64,000 nucleotides of DNA, taken from assembly GCA_964016885.1 (NCBI GenBank), contig OZ024749.1, forward strand, positions 37,820,001 through 37,884,000. Reading direction: 5' to 3'. Of this stretch, positions 44,249-58,037 are shown piece after piece. The notes beneath the pieces are model-generated. The model saw only the letters and a program-made list of their open reading frames with translations, made no database searches and was not told the origin of the DNA. A program made the translations under genes and the position numbers. The stretch is from Eledone cirrhosa (lineage: Eukaryota). Positions within the stretch are counted from its first letter, which is position 1. Every line of letters begins with the position of its first letter.

Positions 44249-44342
44249 ACCCCTTGATAAGCTCGGCTATTTAAATACCAGAATAAATTTTCATTCAGTC
44301 CAGAATTAGCCGTCGAAACGGCTTGAGCTCAGCCGTCGGGGT
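44249..44342 (+). ncRNA. Type-I hammerhead ribozyme, U3:A8 core variant (family A)
   Basis: Reads ACCCC (stem I 5') UUGAUAA (44254-60) G-CU-CGGCUA..UAGCCG-U-C (stem II) GAAA (44315-18) CGGCU-ugagcuc-AGCCG (stem III) UC^ (predicted cleavage after 44337) GGGGU (stem I 3'). Stem I extends as GGAA/UUCC across an internal loop. Confidence 0.75.
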
Positions 44343-44352
44343 CTTACTTGTT

Positions 44353-44401
<49 letters not shown>

Positions 44402-44961
44402 TCCCATATATATATATATGTATATATATTTATATATATATATATATAAATATATATATGTGAGTACATATATATATATATATGAGGTGTGCTGGTAATC
44501 TAGTACGCCAAGGATTCATCCCATCGAATACTGAAGTTTTCACTGAAACTTCGAAATTAAAATCACCTTTATTTCTTCAATATATATATATATATGTATT
44601 TATGTATATATGTATGTATATATATATATATACACAAATATATATATGTTATTGTTAGTAGTTGTGGTGGTAGAGCTGGCGATGGTTGTGGTGTAGTGGT
44701 CGGTATTTAGTGATGTGGTTGGTGAGTGAACAGGTGGGGGGAGAATAGTATTCTGTGTTGTGTGTGAGACGATGTCGCTGAAATTAGCTTTTGTGTTGTA
44801 TTGTATTGTATTGTTATAATATATGTGAGTCTGCGGCTAGTTAACATGTATTATCTTCTCTTGGTTTCACTGTAACTTGGCGTTACGCCATGCTGGGCTC
44901 ATTAGCTAACAACACTGCTACATACACTACTACCACTACATATATTACTACTACTACAACA

Positions 44962-45037
<76 letters not shown>

Positions 45038-45406
45038 TTGTTATCGTTATTATTAATACTACCTCATCTACACATATCTGGCATATCTGCCAATTTGCTA
45101 CTATAACATGTTATAAGCACTCTGTGGTGCAGTATTCGGTTAAATGGTAAAACCCCGCTCCTCCCTAATTGTTAGTTTATATATAGATACGTTTGTTGTA
45201 AGATCGATCTCGGAAGATGTTATATACAACCCTGGGCTGCATTATCAGAGAAAAATAAAGAAAAAAATGCATCGCATAATATAATATTAGAGACAGGCAT
45301 ATAAACAGACATAGACATACAGACACAAAAACACGCTCTTGTATAACTTAAACACACACAGACAGACACATACACACACACATACACACATATATATATA
45401 TATATG

Positions 45407-45447
<41 letters not shown>

Positions 45448-45449
<2 letters not shown>

Positions 45450-45686
45450 CAACGAGTAGGACCCCGACGGCTGAGTTCAAGCCGTTTCGACGGCTAATTC
45501 TGGACTAAAAGACTTATTCAACTGCTACACCTGCTGAAATAGATCTTTTAGTCCAGAATTAGCCGTCGAAACGGGTTGAGCTCAGCCGTCGGGGTCCTAC
45601 TCGTTCCTATTACCCACTCTACTACCCTAAGTATTGAGTACTTTGGTGCGTTATGGTCCATCTGGTTCCGTACCACATTTCCTTCG

Positions 45687-45689
<3 letters not shown>
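45448..45689. mobile_element. Family-A foldback element with captured spacer
   Basis: Inverted arms plus tail. Spacer 45514-45547 is identical to 46416-46449. Confidence 0.75.
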
Positions 45690-45738
<49 letters not shown>

Positions 45739-45743
<5 letters not shown>

Positions 45744-46124
45744 AACAAAAGATGGTTAAAAGAGTTCCATGTATTTTATTATGCGCATTTAAAAAACAAA
45801 TATCATCATGCAATAATATTTGTGTTTTCATCAGATAAAACATGAAGACATGATATGAAGGTTAAAAAATATGTTAATTTAAAACTGAACTATCCACAAT
45901 TGTTTTTTAACCTTCATATCATGTCTTCATGTTTTATCTGATGAAAACACAAATATTATTGCATGATGATATTTGTTTTTGAAATGCGCATAATAAAATA
46001 CATGGAACTCTTTTAACCATCTTTTGTTCTTATATATTATGTATACTCCAGTCCTACAAACTGTAGAGTGCTTATTATCCGATATCTGCATTGCTTTATT
46101 GTACTACAATAAAACTCACCTCCT

Positions 46125-46127
<3 letters not shown>
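45739..46127. mobile_element. Family-B foldback element
   Basis: Near-perfect inverted arms of about 130 bp (45739-45868 and 45903-46033) plus a tail of about 90 bp, inside (TA)n. Confidence 0.75.
45928..46004 (+). ncRNA. Type-I hammerhead ribozyme with palindromic stem III (family B)
   Basis: Reads CAUG-UUUUAU CUGAUGA (45938-44), long AU-rich stem II AAACACAAAUAUUAU/AUGAUAUUUGUUUUU, GAAA (45981-84) UGCGCA UA^ AUAAAA-UA-CAUG. Confidence 0.75.
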
Positions 46128-46186
<59 letters not shown>

Positions 46187-47377
46187 GCGTGTGAAGGTAC
46201 ATGGCTTAGTGGTTAGAGCATTGGACTGACTTGAAACACCTTAAACATTAAACTTCTAAACCACACCAATATCACAGATATACGGTTGTAAACTGAACAC
46301 GTTAACCATTAAACCACTAAACCACTAAACCACTAAACCAAACTAATATCACAAAATATACGAACATGATTAATCTACCACAATAAAACGAAATAGTTCC
46401 AAAGTAGAACGAGCATTATTCAACTGCTACACCTGCTGAAATAGATCTTCTCATTGTTATTCTACTATAACAACAACAACAACAACAACAACCATAACAA
46501 TAACAGTAACTACAATCACCACCATTACAATAACATCAACAACAACAACAACCACCACAACCACAAAAGCAGCCATAACAATGACAGCAACGATAAAAGC
46601 AAGGACAACAACGCCAGCAACAATAACATAAACGATAACAAGAGCCAAAGTCACAACCACAACGAGAAGCCTTCTTACTGCAACACATCCTCCTACCTTT
46701 CTTCTCCTGTCCTTCCCTCACAATCTTACCCTCATCTAACCAGGAGTTCATTACAGTGAGGCCCCCTGCTGTGAAATCAGTTAATACCTGTAACAAACAA
46801 AGCAACTATGGTGGCAACTCAGTGCGCCAAATAATTTCATTTCTATTTCATAAATGGCCGACATTTTAGGACAGAAAGAATATATTAAATATTAGATATA
46901 ATTTATTGCACACTGCTTGGCTAAATACCTTTTCATTTTCTATTTTATCTTTCTCGTACCTTACCTAACTCTTTATAGTTGTTTGTATATAACTCTCACC
47001 TGGATAGGGATGGGCTGTTTCAGGTTTAACTGCCAAAAACTGTGTATGTAACAACGGCGCCCCTACAACACTATCATGAGTTAAAGGAGCATGACAGAGA
47101 TATAACTCGTATATCTTTAGCACACCGTGTTGCCTGTTTCTATCTCTTTGTCTATCTACATATGCACCTATACATCTATTCATTTATCGATCTATAGACC
47201 TATATAATAGAAAAAGACTAACATTTCTGAACGTATCGGATGCTAGTCCTTCGTCGGAACGAGTAAAGATAGGAGAACACAAACATGTGTTTATATTCAG
47301 GATGGCGAGTAAGTAGTCCGCTATGTGAAGTGGTGTGCCGAGGAGCTGGCGGAGCAACGGGCTCTAACGTGTTGGTA

Positions 47378-47440
<63 letters not shown>

Positions 47441-47726
47441 TTCGCTCATGAAATCCACCCAGCTTATGCTGACCAGGACTACCATGTTGCTTGTTTATTT
47501 CCTTTCTTTGGTTTGTTTTTATCCTTCTATGTTGTTCACTTGTCCCCCTCGCTTTACGCGATTACTGGTCCCAATAACTTTTTTTAGTTATTGCTCGCAC
47601 CAACCTGAGGTATCTGATTTTTAATGCGATGAAATACCAATGATGGTTGGCAAATCACTGACGAAGGACTATTTTTATCATATGTAACCCATGTGCAAAC
47701 CACGGAGTATTCTTCTTTCTTCTCAT

Positions 47727-48052
<326 letters not shown>

Positions 48053-49567
48053 GATAGTGACAGACAGTGACACTGAGAGAGAGAGTGAGTATTGTTAGTA
48101 GGGTTATAACCATCTATATTTCCTGACAAATAATCACCAGCACCACGACTACTACCACCAGTGTCAATTCACTAAATATATATTATAGATATTCTGCTAC
48201 TATAATCTGTAATAGTCCCTGACAGATTAACCTTCCTACCAACACAGTATACGGTTAGATCTAACCTTTGGCCTTTCGTTAAGTTATGACTCTTTGATGA
48301 CTTTTAATGGGACACATTTGGGTACAGGGACATTTCTCAACATTATCATCATCCATCTCTGTCCCCCATTATCATCGTTTTCATCATCATCATCACCAAC
48401 ATCAACAACAACAACGACATGACTCATCGGGCAGTTCTGTGCTCCTCAGTGGACAGTTCTGTCACCCCTCCAACAAAAGTCCCATACACCTCATTGAAGA
48501 CCCCTGTCTTCCTACACGGACAGTTCTACACCCTTTCAAATGACAGTTCTGCTCCCTCTCCACTAACATGGCTACGCTCTAGCCGCTCACTTAACCTAGT
48601 TGGCCTAGAGATAACCCTGGATCAACATAAGATTATATTAGCCCAAACAACAATTAACTAAATGTTTAGCTTTTAGTAAATTACATCAATTACAACCCTA
48701 ATGTTACAACTCCCTCGGCCCTACCTCCCATTATCAACAAATATGACATGACAAAAGGCTGAACATTAAGTACCTCAAGCCCACTCAATCTGGTTCTATT
48801 GACACCTAAGTTTCCCCTTCGTCATTTATTCATTATTTTCTATTCTCTCCGACTGTCTCTCAATGTCATGTGTCCTTTTATCGCTATTTAAGTGTCGATT
48901 TATATCTTTATTGCTCTTGTGTCAGTCCCTTCCCCCAGTTTTTTTTCTCTCTTTCTTGATAAACTATTCAGTCATTCGACAAAGGAATCAATTTAAACTT
49001 TTGGAATACAGCGATGGTCAGGGTTGATGAAGATGACAACACGAAACCACTGAGGGTGTGAATAAGTAAATACGTGGACATCAATGATGTTGAGAGGTAA
49101 AAAGGAGAAGGAATACAACAGGTCCTTACTGAGGGTAGACATCAACGATGGTCACATTTACAGAAGAAATTCACTAGGTCCCTGGGTTAATGAAGACGGA
49201 GGACACCAGGACATTACTAAGTGTGTTAATAACAAAAAGCACTTGGATACCACTGCGAGTTACTAATATAATCGAGAGGTGACAAGTAACTGGTAACCAA
49301 GTTACTGAACACCAGTTTAAGGTATTAAAACACTTTGACATAAGTCTAAGTTACTAAACTACTGGACAGGAGTAATGGGCTCAGTTACTGAAGTATGAGG
49401 ATAGCAAAAGACCAGTAGAGAGTTGGAATTACTAAAGTACAAAAAAAAATGTGTCTCCCTGAACATTAGAAATACGACGATGAAAAGTTTAAATCTAACA
49501 ATACAACTTACGTTCTTTGGCTCGTGGTAAATCAAACAATTCTCTCTACATTTCTAAGGGATTTTTT

Positions 49568-49568
<1 letters not shown>

Positions 49569-49598
<30 letters not shown>

Positions 49599-49691
49599 AA
49601 GAAGAAGAAGAAGAAGAAGACGAAGAAGAAGAAAACGAGAAGAAGAAGAAGAAGAAGAAGAAGAAGAAGAAGAAGAAGAAGAAGAAGAAGA
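49569..49691. repeat. (AAG)n microsatellite
   Basis: Direct inspection. Confidence 0.95.
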
Positions 49692-49851
49692 AACAAACAG
49701 ACACACATATGAAGAGGCAAACAACAAAACAAAATAAAATAATTGCCTGGAGGAGAAGAGTTAATTACTTGGTGTTGTGAATTCTTGAAAAATATTTCTG
49801 TAGAAATTCAGAAAAATACACAACAGAAGCAAGTCTCCCCCTCTTTGTTTC

Positions 49852-49945
<94 letters not shown>

Positions 49946-50069
49946 TACATACACACATATATATACATATACATATGTATATAGAGATAGATAGATAGAT
50001 AGATAGAAAGATACATATATATATGTATATACATATATATATATATGTATATATGTATATATATATATG

Positions 50070-50108
<39 letters not shown>

Positions 50109-50125
50109 GTATATATATATATATG

Positions 50126-50183
<58 letters not shown>

Positions 50184-50431
50184 CAGTATATATACACACA
50201 CAAACATATATATATATATATACACATACATATATATATATATATAATGTATGTATACGTACATATATATGTACATATGCATTATATATTTCACAAGCAG
50301 ATATGCATATATCGTTCTCTCTCTCTCTATCGTTGTTCCCCTCTTTTCACACACACGTACTCTACCACATCACTCTCTCTCTCTCTCTCACCCTCACTCT
50401 CTTACACACACTATTTCTCTCTTTCTCTCTC

Positions 50432-50470
<39 letters not shown>

Positions 50471-50471
50471 C

Positions 50472-50502
<31 letters not shown>

Positions 50503-51550
50503 CTATCTCTCTTGCTCACTCTCTCGCTTCTTCAACCTCTTCTTCGATAAAACAGATTCACAGTTTCTTCAGATCATATAACATATCACATACAACAACA
50601 TATATATAACATACAACATATTTCTATTCGCGGTTTGTCTTTAGATGTTTTTGTCACGACTTAAAGAAAACCATATCGTTGTGGCGGCATTGTAGAACAT
50701 CTAGATGATTATTCCAGATTGCCAATCTCTCTACTATATTATACTTTCTAATGCCTTCTATGATAACACGAGAAGGCAAATGGTTACTGTTTGTAATAAC
50801 AATATTTCTAGTATTGAGTGACACATTAAAAGAACGCACTTGTGTGTATAACTTGCCAAACAAACTACGGACTTATCAGATGAGGCTCTACCTTTCTTGT
50901 TTCTTATTTTATTCTTATTATATTCTTATTTTTATGTATATTTTGGGGGTATTTTAAGGGGGGAGAGATTTGTGTATATTTTTAGGGTATTTTAGAATAC
51001 TTTTGTATATTTTGATGTGTTCTTCTCCCTGTTTTTTTTTTCCCCCCACTACTCTCTCCCACCCTCGAATCCCCGGCCACACCCCATTTTTTTTCTGGTA
51101 ATAAATTTGAATTAATCCTTTTAATAGTCTGGGATACGAAGGGTAGGGGTGAGCAAAAATTTACATACCACCCAAGAAGATTTCAACAACGAAAACATCA
51201 GAAAACAACTTAACTGAATGAAGTGAGATATTGATAGAGAGATAGTGGTGGTGGTGGTGGTGGTGGTGATGGTGGAGGTGGTGGTGGTGATGGGGGAGGG
51301 GGGGGGGGGGGGGGGGGGGGGGGGTAGCTGTCGTGTTAGTGGAGGTCGCTGCGGTGGTGGTGGTGGTGGTGGCAGTGGTGGGTTTATTGGTCATAGTAGT
51401 GGTTGTGGGGATGGTGTTGTTGTTGATGATGGTGGTGGTGGTGGTGGTTCTGGTGATGTTGTTGATGTGATGATGGGGGTGATGGTAGTGGTGTTAGCAG
51501 TGATAGTAGCCGACTGATAAATGTAACTTCCCCGTGCCAGTAGAATTTGT

Positions 51551-51612
<62 letters not shown>

Positions 51613-51782
51613 GTGTGTGTGTGTATAAATTGTGTTTATATATATATATACATATGTGTGTAAATATATATATATATGTGTGTGTGCGTGTGTGTGTGTG
51701 TATAAACTGTGTTTATATATATATATATATATACATATATGTGTGTATAAACTCTGTTTTTATATATTTATATATATATACA

Positions 51783-51853
<71 letters not shown>

Positions 51854-51854
51854 T

Positions 51855-51893
<39 letters not shown>

Positions 51894-52237
51894 GAGATAT
51901 GTTGTGTGTGTGTGTATGTGTGTGGTGATATAAATATGAAAATATCAAATACATACATGCATATCTCTATAATAATAACAATACAAAATAATAACACATA
52001 CCTATCTCCAAACATACATAAACCTATGTGGTCTAACTGTGGGTGGTGTACAGAGTTTATCATTAACTAGCATCAATAGAATCTTTATTTATTTATTTAT
52101 TAGAATGCAGCATTTTGGATTCGGTTCTTTGATTCAAACATTAAGAACTAGAGTTCAAATTCTACAAAGCGTGCATTAGTTTATCTTATTTACTTCGTAG
52201 TTCGTACACAAAATTCACTAACGATTAATTAAATATG

Positions 52238-52683
52238 TTGGATTAGCAGTATTGGTAGAGGGTCGGATGCCATGCATAGAGTTACGGCCCTTGCCATTCT
52301 GAGTTCAAATCCCGCCGAGGTTAACTTTCATCCTTACGGGGTCGATAAAATAAAGTAACAGTAATGCACTGGATAATTGCTGGCCTTGTGCCAAAAAGTA
52401 GATACAATTAATTTAATATAATTTTTTATAACTGTCTTTAGTTAGCGTGAAATACGATAGATTTATGACACATTAATATTTGATTCATGAATGTAAATTA
52501 CGTGATACTAGTTCAGTGATACGAAAATGTGTGCTTCTTACCCAGTACGTTACTGGTACTTTATTTTATCGACCCCGTAAGAATGAAAGGCAAAGTTAAC
52601 CTCGGCAGGATTTGAACTCAGATCGTAACTATGCTGGAAAGCATGGCGTCCGACCCTCTACCGATACTGCCAATTCACCGCCC
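52238..52683. mobile_element. Inverted SINE pair (+ 52238-52410; - 52538-52683)
   Basis: Same family in opposite orientations, about 130 bp apart. Confidence 0.8.
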
Positions 52684-52949
52684 TTAGAATAAATAATAAT
52701 ATTTTGGTACATTGTTATTCCGAAGATGCATTCATACATATTAACATAGCATAAATTAGAAATATGGTATGTTATGGTGCGGTATGATCCCGTAATTCTT
52801 ATTAGAGTCGTAGGTGCGCCGTAGTAACATACGGTGTGTCATGGCATTTATAGTCTGGTGGATCCCATCCCTCTCCAGGTTTGACTCTCACAGATTTCTT
52901 CCAAACAAAGATAGAAAGTGAGAGAAAGGAAGTGAGAAAGAGATATAAA

Positions 52950-53480
52950 GGTAGAATCCCGAGACCCGAGTACCTGACTGGTAGTTTTTTTTTTTATCGA
53001 CCATGAATAGATGAAAAGTAAAGTTGATTTGAACTGGATTTGAACTCCGAGAACAGAGAGTCGAAATGAATAATACAAAGCATTCTGTCCGATGTTCTAA
53101 CGACTCCGCCACCTTTACCCGAACTTATAGGGCAACAAAAACGATGAAAGTGAGAAGAGCTGTATAGGAAGAAATAACCCTAGTATTAGACTGATACCAC
53201 GACAGACAAGCGGTAGTAATTGATGGACACTATGAAAGTGTTCGCCAACTCCGCTCGACCTTTCAAAGACAGTTTGCACTCTGCCCACTTCTGCGTGAGC
53301 GCAAATACCTTGGCCATGACCTCGTTCCAGTTTTTCTCCCTTTTTTTTTATCGATCTCGAATGGATGAAAGGCAAAGTTGACCTCTCCGCGATGTCAACT
53401 CAGAAAGCCGATAGCCGAAACGAACGCATATCACAAAGAATTCTATTCGACCTTCTAACGACTCTGTAAACCCGCCATCC
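52950..53480 (-). mobile_element. Two older SINE copies (52950-53115, 53345-53480)
   Basis: Degenerate tttatcga..gatgaaa..aaagttga bodies and heads. Confidence 0.6.
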
Positions 53481-53689
53481 AAAGTAAGTATATAAACAAT
53501 GGAAAATACAGACAACTCATTTGTATTTCCTTCTTTAATCATAGAATGGAACAACGTTATCAACGAGAAACATGTTCGCGTTTTCGGGGTGGGGGACCAA
53601 CATTGTCCTTCTTAGTTTAATTGTTTCCTATTTTACATTTTTGTTGGGGTGGGGGGGGGTGTTATGACAGTTTATACATAGATGTTTAT

Positions 53690-54050
53690 TTTTAAAATAA
53701 AATTTAGTAAGAAAAAAAAGGAGGGAAAACAAAAGGAAAGAAGGAATAGGGAAATATACAAAAAAAAAAAAGAGAGAAAGAAAAATAAGAACGGGAAGGG
53801 GAGGGGATGGCAAGAGCTCTGATGTTGCAGAAGAGATGGGAAGGGTGAAGAAAGAGGGAGATTGGGCTTTCGGCCTAAGGCAATAGAGCAGAAGTGCTGC
53901 GCCCCGCCAACAAGACAGCAAAAGCATTTCCCTGGACGATGGCCAGTAACACCCGCTGCAACAGCCACCCAATCTCACGGGGATCTCTCCTCAGACGGGC
54001 CACCGACGCTCGATCTTGCGGAGGAGCTCGGCAGTGCGGGGTCCTTGGAT
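53690..54050 (-). mobile_element. CRE-clade (RLE-type) non-LTR retrotransposon 3' fragment
   Basis: Minus strand reads GPRTAELLRKIERR / PREIGWLLQRVLLAIVQGNAFAVLLAG..* (stop at 53875-77), resembling the QR-x3-AI-x2-GNA C-terminal motif of CRE elements. A pyrimidine-rich 3' UTR follows. Confidence 0.65.
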
Positions 54051-54919
54051 AATGAAAACTTCATCATTATTTTTTAGAAACTGAACTATATACAGATTAT
54101 ATAAAAGGAATAAGTTATTATTTGTTACTTGTCTGTGTTACGAAGCTGTGTTACTAAGCTGTGTTACTAAGGTATATAAGGCGTATTACTAAAGTATTTA
54201 AATAAGCATTGTTTCTAAGCCATGTTACTAAGCAATGTTACTACGATGTCTTATAAATTCACATGATGTCCACAGCTGGCAACTCATCAGAAACTAAATT
54301 TCTACCAGATAATTTCATTTTAATTTTGGAAACTGTTCATTATTTATTGATATAAAACATCATATATATGTGTATGTGTGAGTAAATCTATATAAATATA
54401 CATATAATGCATGTGTGTATATGTTTATATATATATATATATATATACACATCCATATGTATGTATATACGATATTTATGTATGTATGTAGATATGTAAG
54501 TATATATGATATATGTATGTATGTATGTATCACTAGAATACCAAAGCAATACAAACAAACCAGTAATATATGCGTTAGAAACCATTGTGAAAGTAAATAT
54601 ACATAGACATGTGCGTTGATAGAGGGCAGCACCACTTGCTAAGGAACGGTCATTTTAGAAAACAGCTTTGTTAATTTTAACGCCATGGAGCCGCCATTTT
54701 TGTGTGGCGTTCCTGGCTGGAGATCAGCGTTTATCAAGGCAGAACTTGTTAGCTATCGTAAAAAATAGGAGTTGCACAGCCCTGTGGGTGGTGTTTCTTT
54801 TCGTTGGTTTTTGAGTTAGAGTGCGGTGGGGATGAGGGTTAGGAGAGCAGGGTTATTGTTTTTCTATTATATATTTTATTTATTTTTTTATTATTTTTCC
54901 ACTTTTATTTCATTTTGAA

Positions 54920-55855
54920 CTGTTATTATTGTTGGTTCGACTGTTGTTGTTGTTGCTTTCTTTTGCTGTTTGCTGTCGCTTTCTTTTGCTGTTTTTTTTT
55001 TGTTGTTGCTTTCTTTTGCTGTTTTTTTATGTTGCTTTCTTTTGCTGTTTTTTGTTGTTGCTTTCTTTTGCTGTTTTCTGTTGTTGTTTTTGTTGTTGTT
55101 GTTCTTGATGTCACTGTTGCCATTATTGATGTTGTCTTTGTTGTTTTTGTTGTTGTTGTTCTCGATGTCACTGTTGCAATTATTGATGTTGCCTTTATTT
55201 GTGTTGTTGTTTCTTTAATTGTCTTTGTTGTAGTCGTTGATTTGTGTTGCTTCTGATGTTGTTGTGATTGTTAATGTAGTTATCATCGTTGTTTATTGAA
55301 GCAGTTGTATCTGTGTCGTTGTTGTTGCTGTCGTTGTTGTTGTTGTTGTCATTGGTGTAGTTGTGATGGTGGTTGTTGTCTTTGTTGTTGTTATGGTGGT
55401 GGTTGTCGTAGTCGCTGTTATTGCTGTTTTTGATGTTGTTGGTGTTGTTATTGTTGTTGTTGTCGTGGTTGTTGTTGCTGTTATTGTTGTCGTTGTTGTT
55501 GTTGCTGTTGTTGTTGTTGTTGTTGTTGATGGTGTAGCTGTTGTTGTTGCTGTTATCGTTGCTGTTGTTATCGTTGTTGTTGCTGTCATTGTTGTTGTTG
55601 TGGTAGAGGTTGTTGTCGTTGTTGCTATTGTCGCTGTTATTGCTGTTTTTGATGTTGATGTTGCTGTTTTTGTTATTGTTGTTGGGGCTCTTGTCGTTGT
55701 TGTTGTTATCGTTGATGTAGCTGTTGTTGTTATTGTTGTTGTGGGTTTTTATCGTTGTTGTTGTTGCTTTTGATGTTGATGTAGCTGTTGTTGTTATTGC
55801 TGTTGGGGACTTTTATCGTTGTTGTTGTTGCTGTTTTTGTTGCAGTTGTTGTAGT
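54920..55855. repeat. Degenerate (GTT)n tract
   Basis: Direct inspection. Confidence 0.85.
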
Positions 55856-56131
55856 TGGTACGTTGAGGAACAAGAGGAAGGATTGGTCTGTGGCTGCACG
55901 CTGCTTCAACAATGGTTGGTATCTCTGCTACAGTAATACAGTGACTGAACAGGATTAAACATACACATGGCGACCACAAAAAGAAAAAAATAACAGACAT
56001 TTTTACACCATTACTCTCTTTTCTTCTCCTTAACAAACAACAGCAACACCTTCTTAAAGAAATCTAGAAACCGAGAGAGACTGGAGGTTATAGAGAGAGG
56101 ATGAGTGGGTGAAAGACAGAGACAGAGACAC

Positions 56132-56179
<48 letters not shown>

Positions 56180-56305
56180 GGAAAGTGAAAGAGAGAGGAT
56201 AAAAGACACTGAGAATCCGTGAGAAAGTAAATGAGAGAGAGAAAGTTAGTGAGAAGGAGAGTGAGTGATAGAGTGAGATAGTGAGTGAAGGAGAAAAAGA
56301 CGGTG

Positions 56306-56371
<66 letters not shown>

Positions 56372-57857
56372 ATCAATAGATAGATATACATATATAGAAA
56401 GAGAGAGAGTGAGAGAGAGAAATAGATAGATAGATAGATAGAGAAAGATAACAGATGAGAGAGTAAGAAACAAGGAGAGAGAGGGAGAGAGAGAGACAGA
56501 CAGACTGACAGACAGACAGACAAACAGACAGAAGAGAACAAAAGCCTTGCACGTGGTTCTTTTGGTGCTGTGACCAAAATCCACAAAAACAAAAACGAAA
56601 ACAAAAAGAATAAACACGAAAAAACAACAACAACAATAGTAACAGCAACAGTAACATCACCACCACCAACAACAGTAACACAACAACGACCACCACCATC
56701 ACCACCACCACCACCACCATCACCACCATCACTACCACCACCACCACCATCACCACCATCGCTACCACCACCACCATCACCACCATCACCACCACCACTA
56801 TCACCACCACCATCACCACCATCACACCCACCGCCATCACCACCATCACTACCACCACCGCCATCACCACCATCACCACCATCACCAGCATCCACAACAA
56901 CAACAACATCAGAAACTATTAGAAACAATGATAAGAAGATGGAAGTATGTTTATTTGTTCACATTTCAAAATGTACCACCTTCTGCGAGACTAAACATGT
57001 CTTCTTATCCAGAAGATTCTGAGGAAAAGGCCAGTGAAAAAGAAAACATAATCACACAAGTCTGGTATAACTATTGTTTCTTAATATGGTGGCTGTGTGG
57101 GTAGAGGAGAGGTGGTATTTTAAGAAGGAGCTTGGAAAAGTGGAGGTATTTAGGGGAGAGTTCAGGGTATTTTAAGAGAGAGAGGTGGAACAAGTGGGGT
57201 TTTTTTAGGGGGTAGATGTAGTGGTAAGTTAAGGAATTAGCAGTGTGGGTAATGTAGGGGGAGATGTGACAAAGGGGGTGTTTTAGGGGAGGTAGAATAA
57301 GGAGGGGAGGAGAAAATTAGTAATAAGCATGATTTCTTACACTGACATAAAATAGGCTCCATGTTTAAAGGAAAATTATAGATGAAGTAGTTTTTTAGTT
57401 CATTCGAACTGTTGGAACTAATAGTCAAATAACCCTCCCTTAACGCACTTCATTTCATGGGCTTTAAACTCATGATGGAGTCATGGAAGTGCCATTATAA
57501 TATAGGGTGTATTTCAGGGATTTCAACCTGACTGAGTCCATCTTTCTCTAGGCCGATTTCGTCCACTGAAAGAGAGAAAAATACCGGGAGAGATAGCGAT
57601 AAAGAGCTAGAAATAAAGAATCGACCCAGTACATTATTGATACTTTATTTATCAGCTTTGAAAGTATGAAACCCAGAGGTGTCCCCGGTCGGATACAGCA
57701 AATCATGCTATCGAGTTTTCTAATTACTCTGCCAATTCGCTTCCTTAAAACAACTGACTATTATATTTCGAAGAATAGATATTCAACCAAAAAGTACTTA
57801 GAATGCCAAAATAAAAGGGAGGATTTAGATGAAGTGCCTATGGTCATGATTCTGTTT

Positions 57858-58033
57858 AATAATTGTTTCTACTTTAGGCACAAGGCCAGCAATTACCCAG
57901 TGCATTACTGGTACTTTATTTTATCGACCCCGTAAGGATGAAAGGCAAAGTCAACCTCGGCGGGATTTGAACTCAGATCGTAAATGGACGTAACTATGCT
58001 GGAAAGCATGGCGTCCGACTCTCTACCGATACT
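57858..58033 (-). mobile_element. SINE, head interrupted by the adjacent MITE
   Basis: Family sequence stops at ccgatactg. Confidence 0.85.
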
Positions 58034-58037
58034 GATG

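Larger units (their letters stand above)
43990..44356. mobile_element. Family-A foldback element (Penelope-like pLTR relic), longest copy
   Basis: Unique tail 43990-44068, inverted arms about 44069-44184 and 44240-44356, flanked by (TA)n on both sides. Confidence 0.75.

Noticed and set aside
47655-47700. CTGACGAAGGAC hammerhead 5' core
   Set aside because: No stem II partner or GAAA follows, so it is at most a deleted relic.
51292-51324. Poly-G run
   Set aside because: It is a simple homopolymer whose length is unreliable in assemblies.
55861-55943. Possible minus-strand exon (HCITVAEIPTIVEAACSHRPILPLVPQ)
   Set aside because: The donor (gtacca) is weak and no homology is recognised.
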